Positions 23,645-23,770 of a stretch of 23,770 nucleotides of DNA are shown here, piece after piece; the first letter of the stretch is position 1, and every line of letters begins with the position of its first letter. The translations under genes were made by a program, and so were the position numbers. This stretch comes from Allobaculum fili (lineage in GTDB: Bacteria > Bacillota_I > Bacilli_A > Erysipelotrichales > Erysipelotrichaceae), in the NCBI RefSeq assembly GCF_020969955.1, contig NZ_JAHDSX010000038.1, positions 1-23,770 of the forward strand. Reading direction: 5' to 3'. The notes under the pieces were generated by a model, which searched no databases, was not told where the DNA came from, and worked only from the letters and a program-made list of their open reading frames with translations.

Positions 23645-23770
23645 AGAACTTTCCCAATCAGCTAAACTATACGGTCGGATTTTTGCGTGGACGACCACGT
23701 TTCCTTTTGGGCTGGTCTACTGGATCTGGTCGTGGAATCAGATCCAGTTTTTGAAGAATTTCTATCTGAC
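23642..23770 (-). mobile_element. Inner (3') end of an IS/transposase-like repeat, right copy, inverted, cut by the window edge. Carries partial CDS 23667..23768 (...QKLDLIPRPDPVDQPKRKRGRPRKNPTV*).
   Basis: It mirrors 1..129. The stop codon (CTA on the plus strand) is at 23667..23669. It differs from the left copy by 9 substitutions, which give 3 amino-acid changes (A/E, S/P, K/Q) plus synonymous changes. Confidence 0.55.

Noticed and set aside
1-23770. The terminal inverted repeats might be an assembly artefact, for example a contig ending in a collapsed repeat or k-mer overlap.
   Set aside because: I did not adopt this as the main reading. The two arms differ at 9 positions in a pattern of synonymous and conservative coding changes, which indicates two real diverged copies. 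It cannot be fully excluded without the reads.

Overview
This window looks like ordinary chromosomal cargo from a mid-GC Gram-positive anaerobe. The taxon is an inference from lipobox lipoproteins, strong AAGGAG ribosome-binding sites, a DegV gene and a secreted glycosidase decorated with Big_2 and FIVAR domains. The segment is bracketed by two inward-facing, inverted copies of the 3' end of the same IS/transposase-like repeat (1..129 and 23642..23770). Between them, in order:
- a MarR regulator next to a frame-disrupted MATE efflux gene
- a PadR-DUF2812 pair
- a membrane-tethered XRE regulator divergent from a 4-gene CUT1-type sugar ABC importer (ATPase, two permeases, and a long binding protein with an anchor at each end)
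- an acidic two-repeat lipoprotein
- a D-2-hydroxyacid dehydrogenase
- an orphan GltD/NfnB-like FeS flavoprotein
- TVP38/DedA-like and RibD_C/DHFR-like genes
- a 1765-aa secreted enzyme fusing a GH123-like (DUF4091-type) module to a sialidase-fold BNR propeller
- a GNAT acetyltransferase
- a MarR-DegV pair

I saw no rRNA, tRNA, CRISPR array or recognisable defence or toxin genes, and I do not see a convincing new multigene system. The best leads are (1) the dual-module giant glycosidase, (2) inverted-repeat pairs bracketing its best promoter, which could be an invertible switch, and (3) the IS-bracketed, composite-transposon-like layout of the whole segment. All protein family calls come from reading motifs by eye, with no database search.
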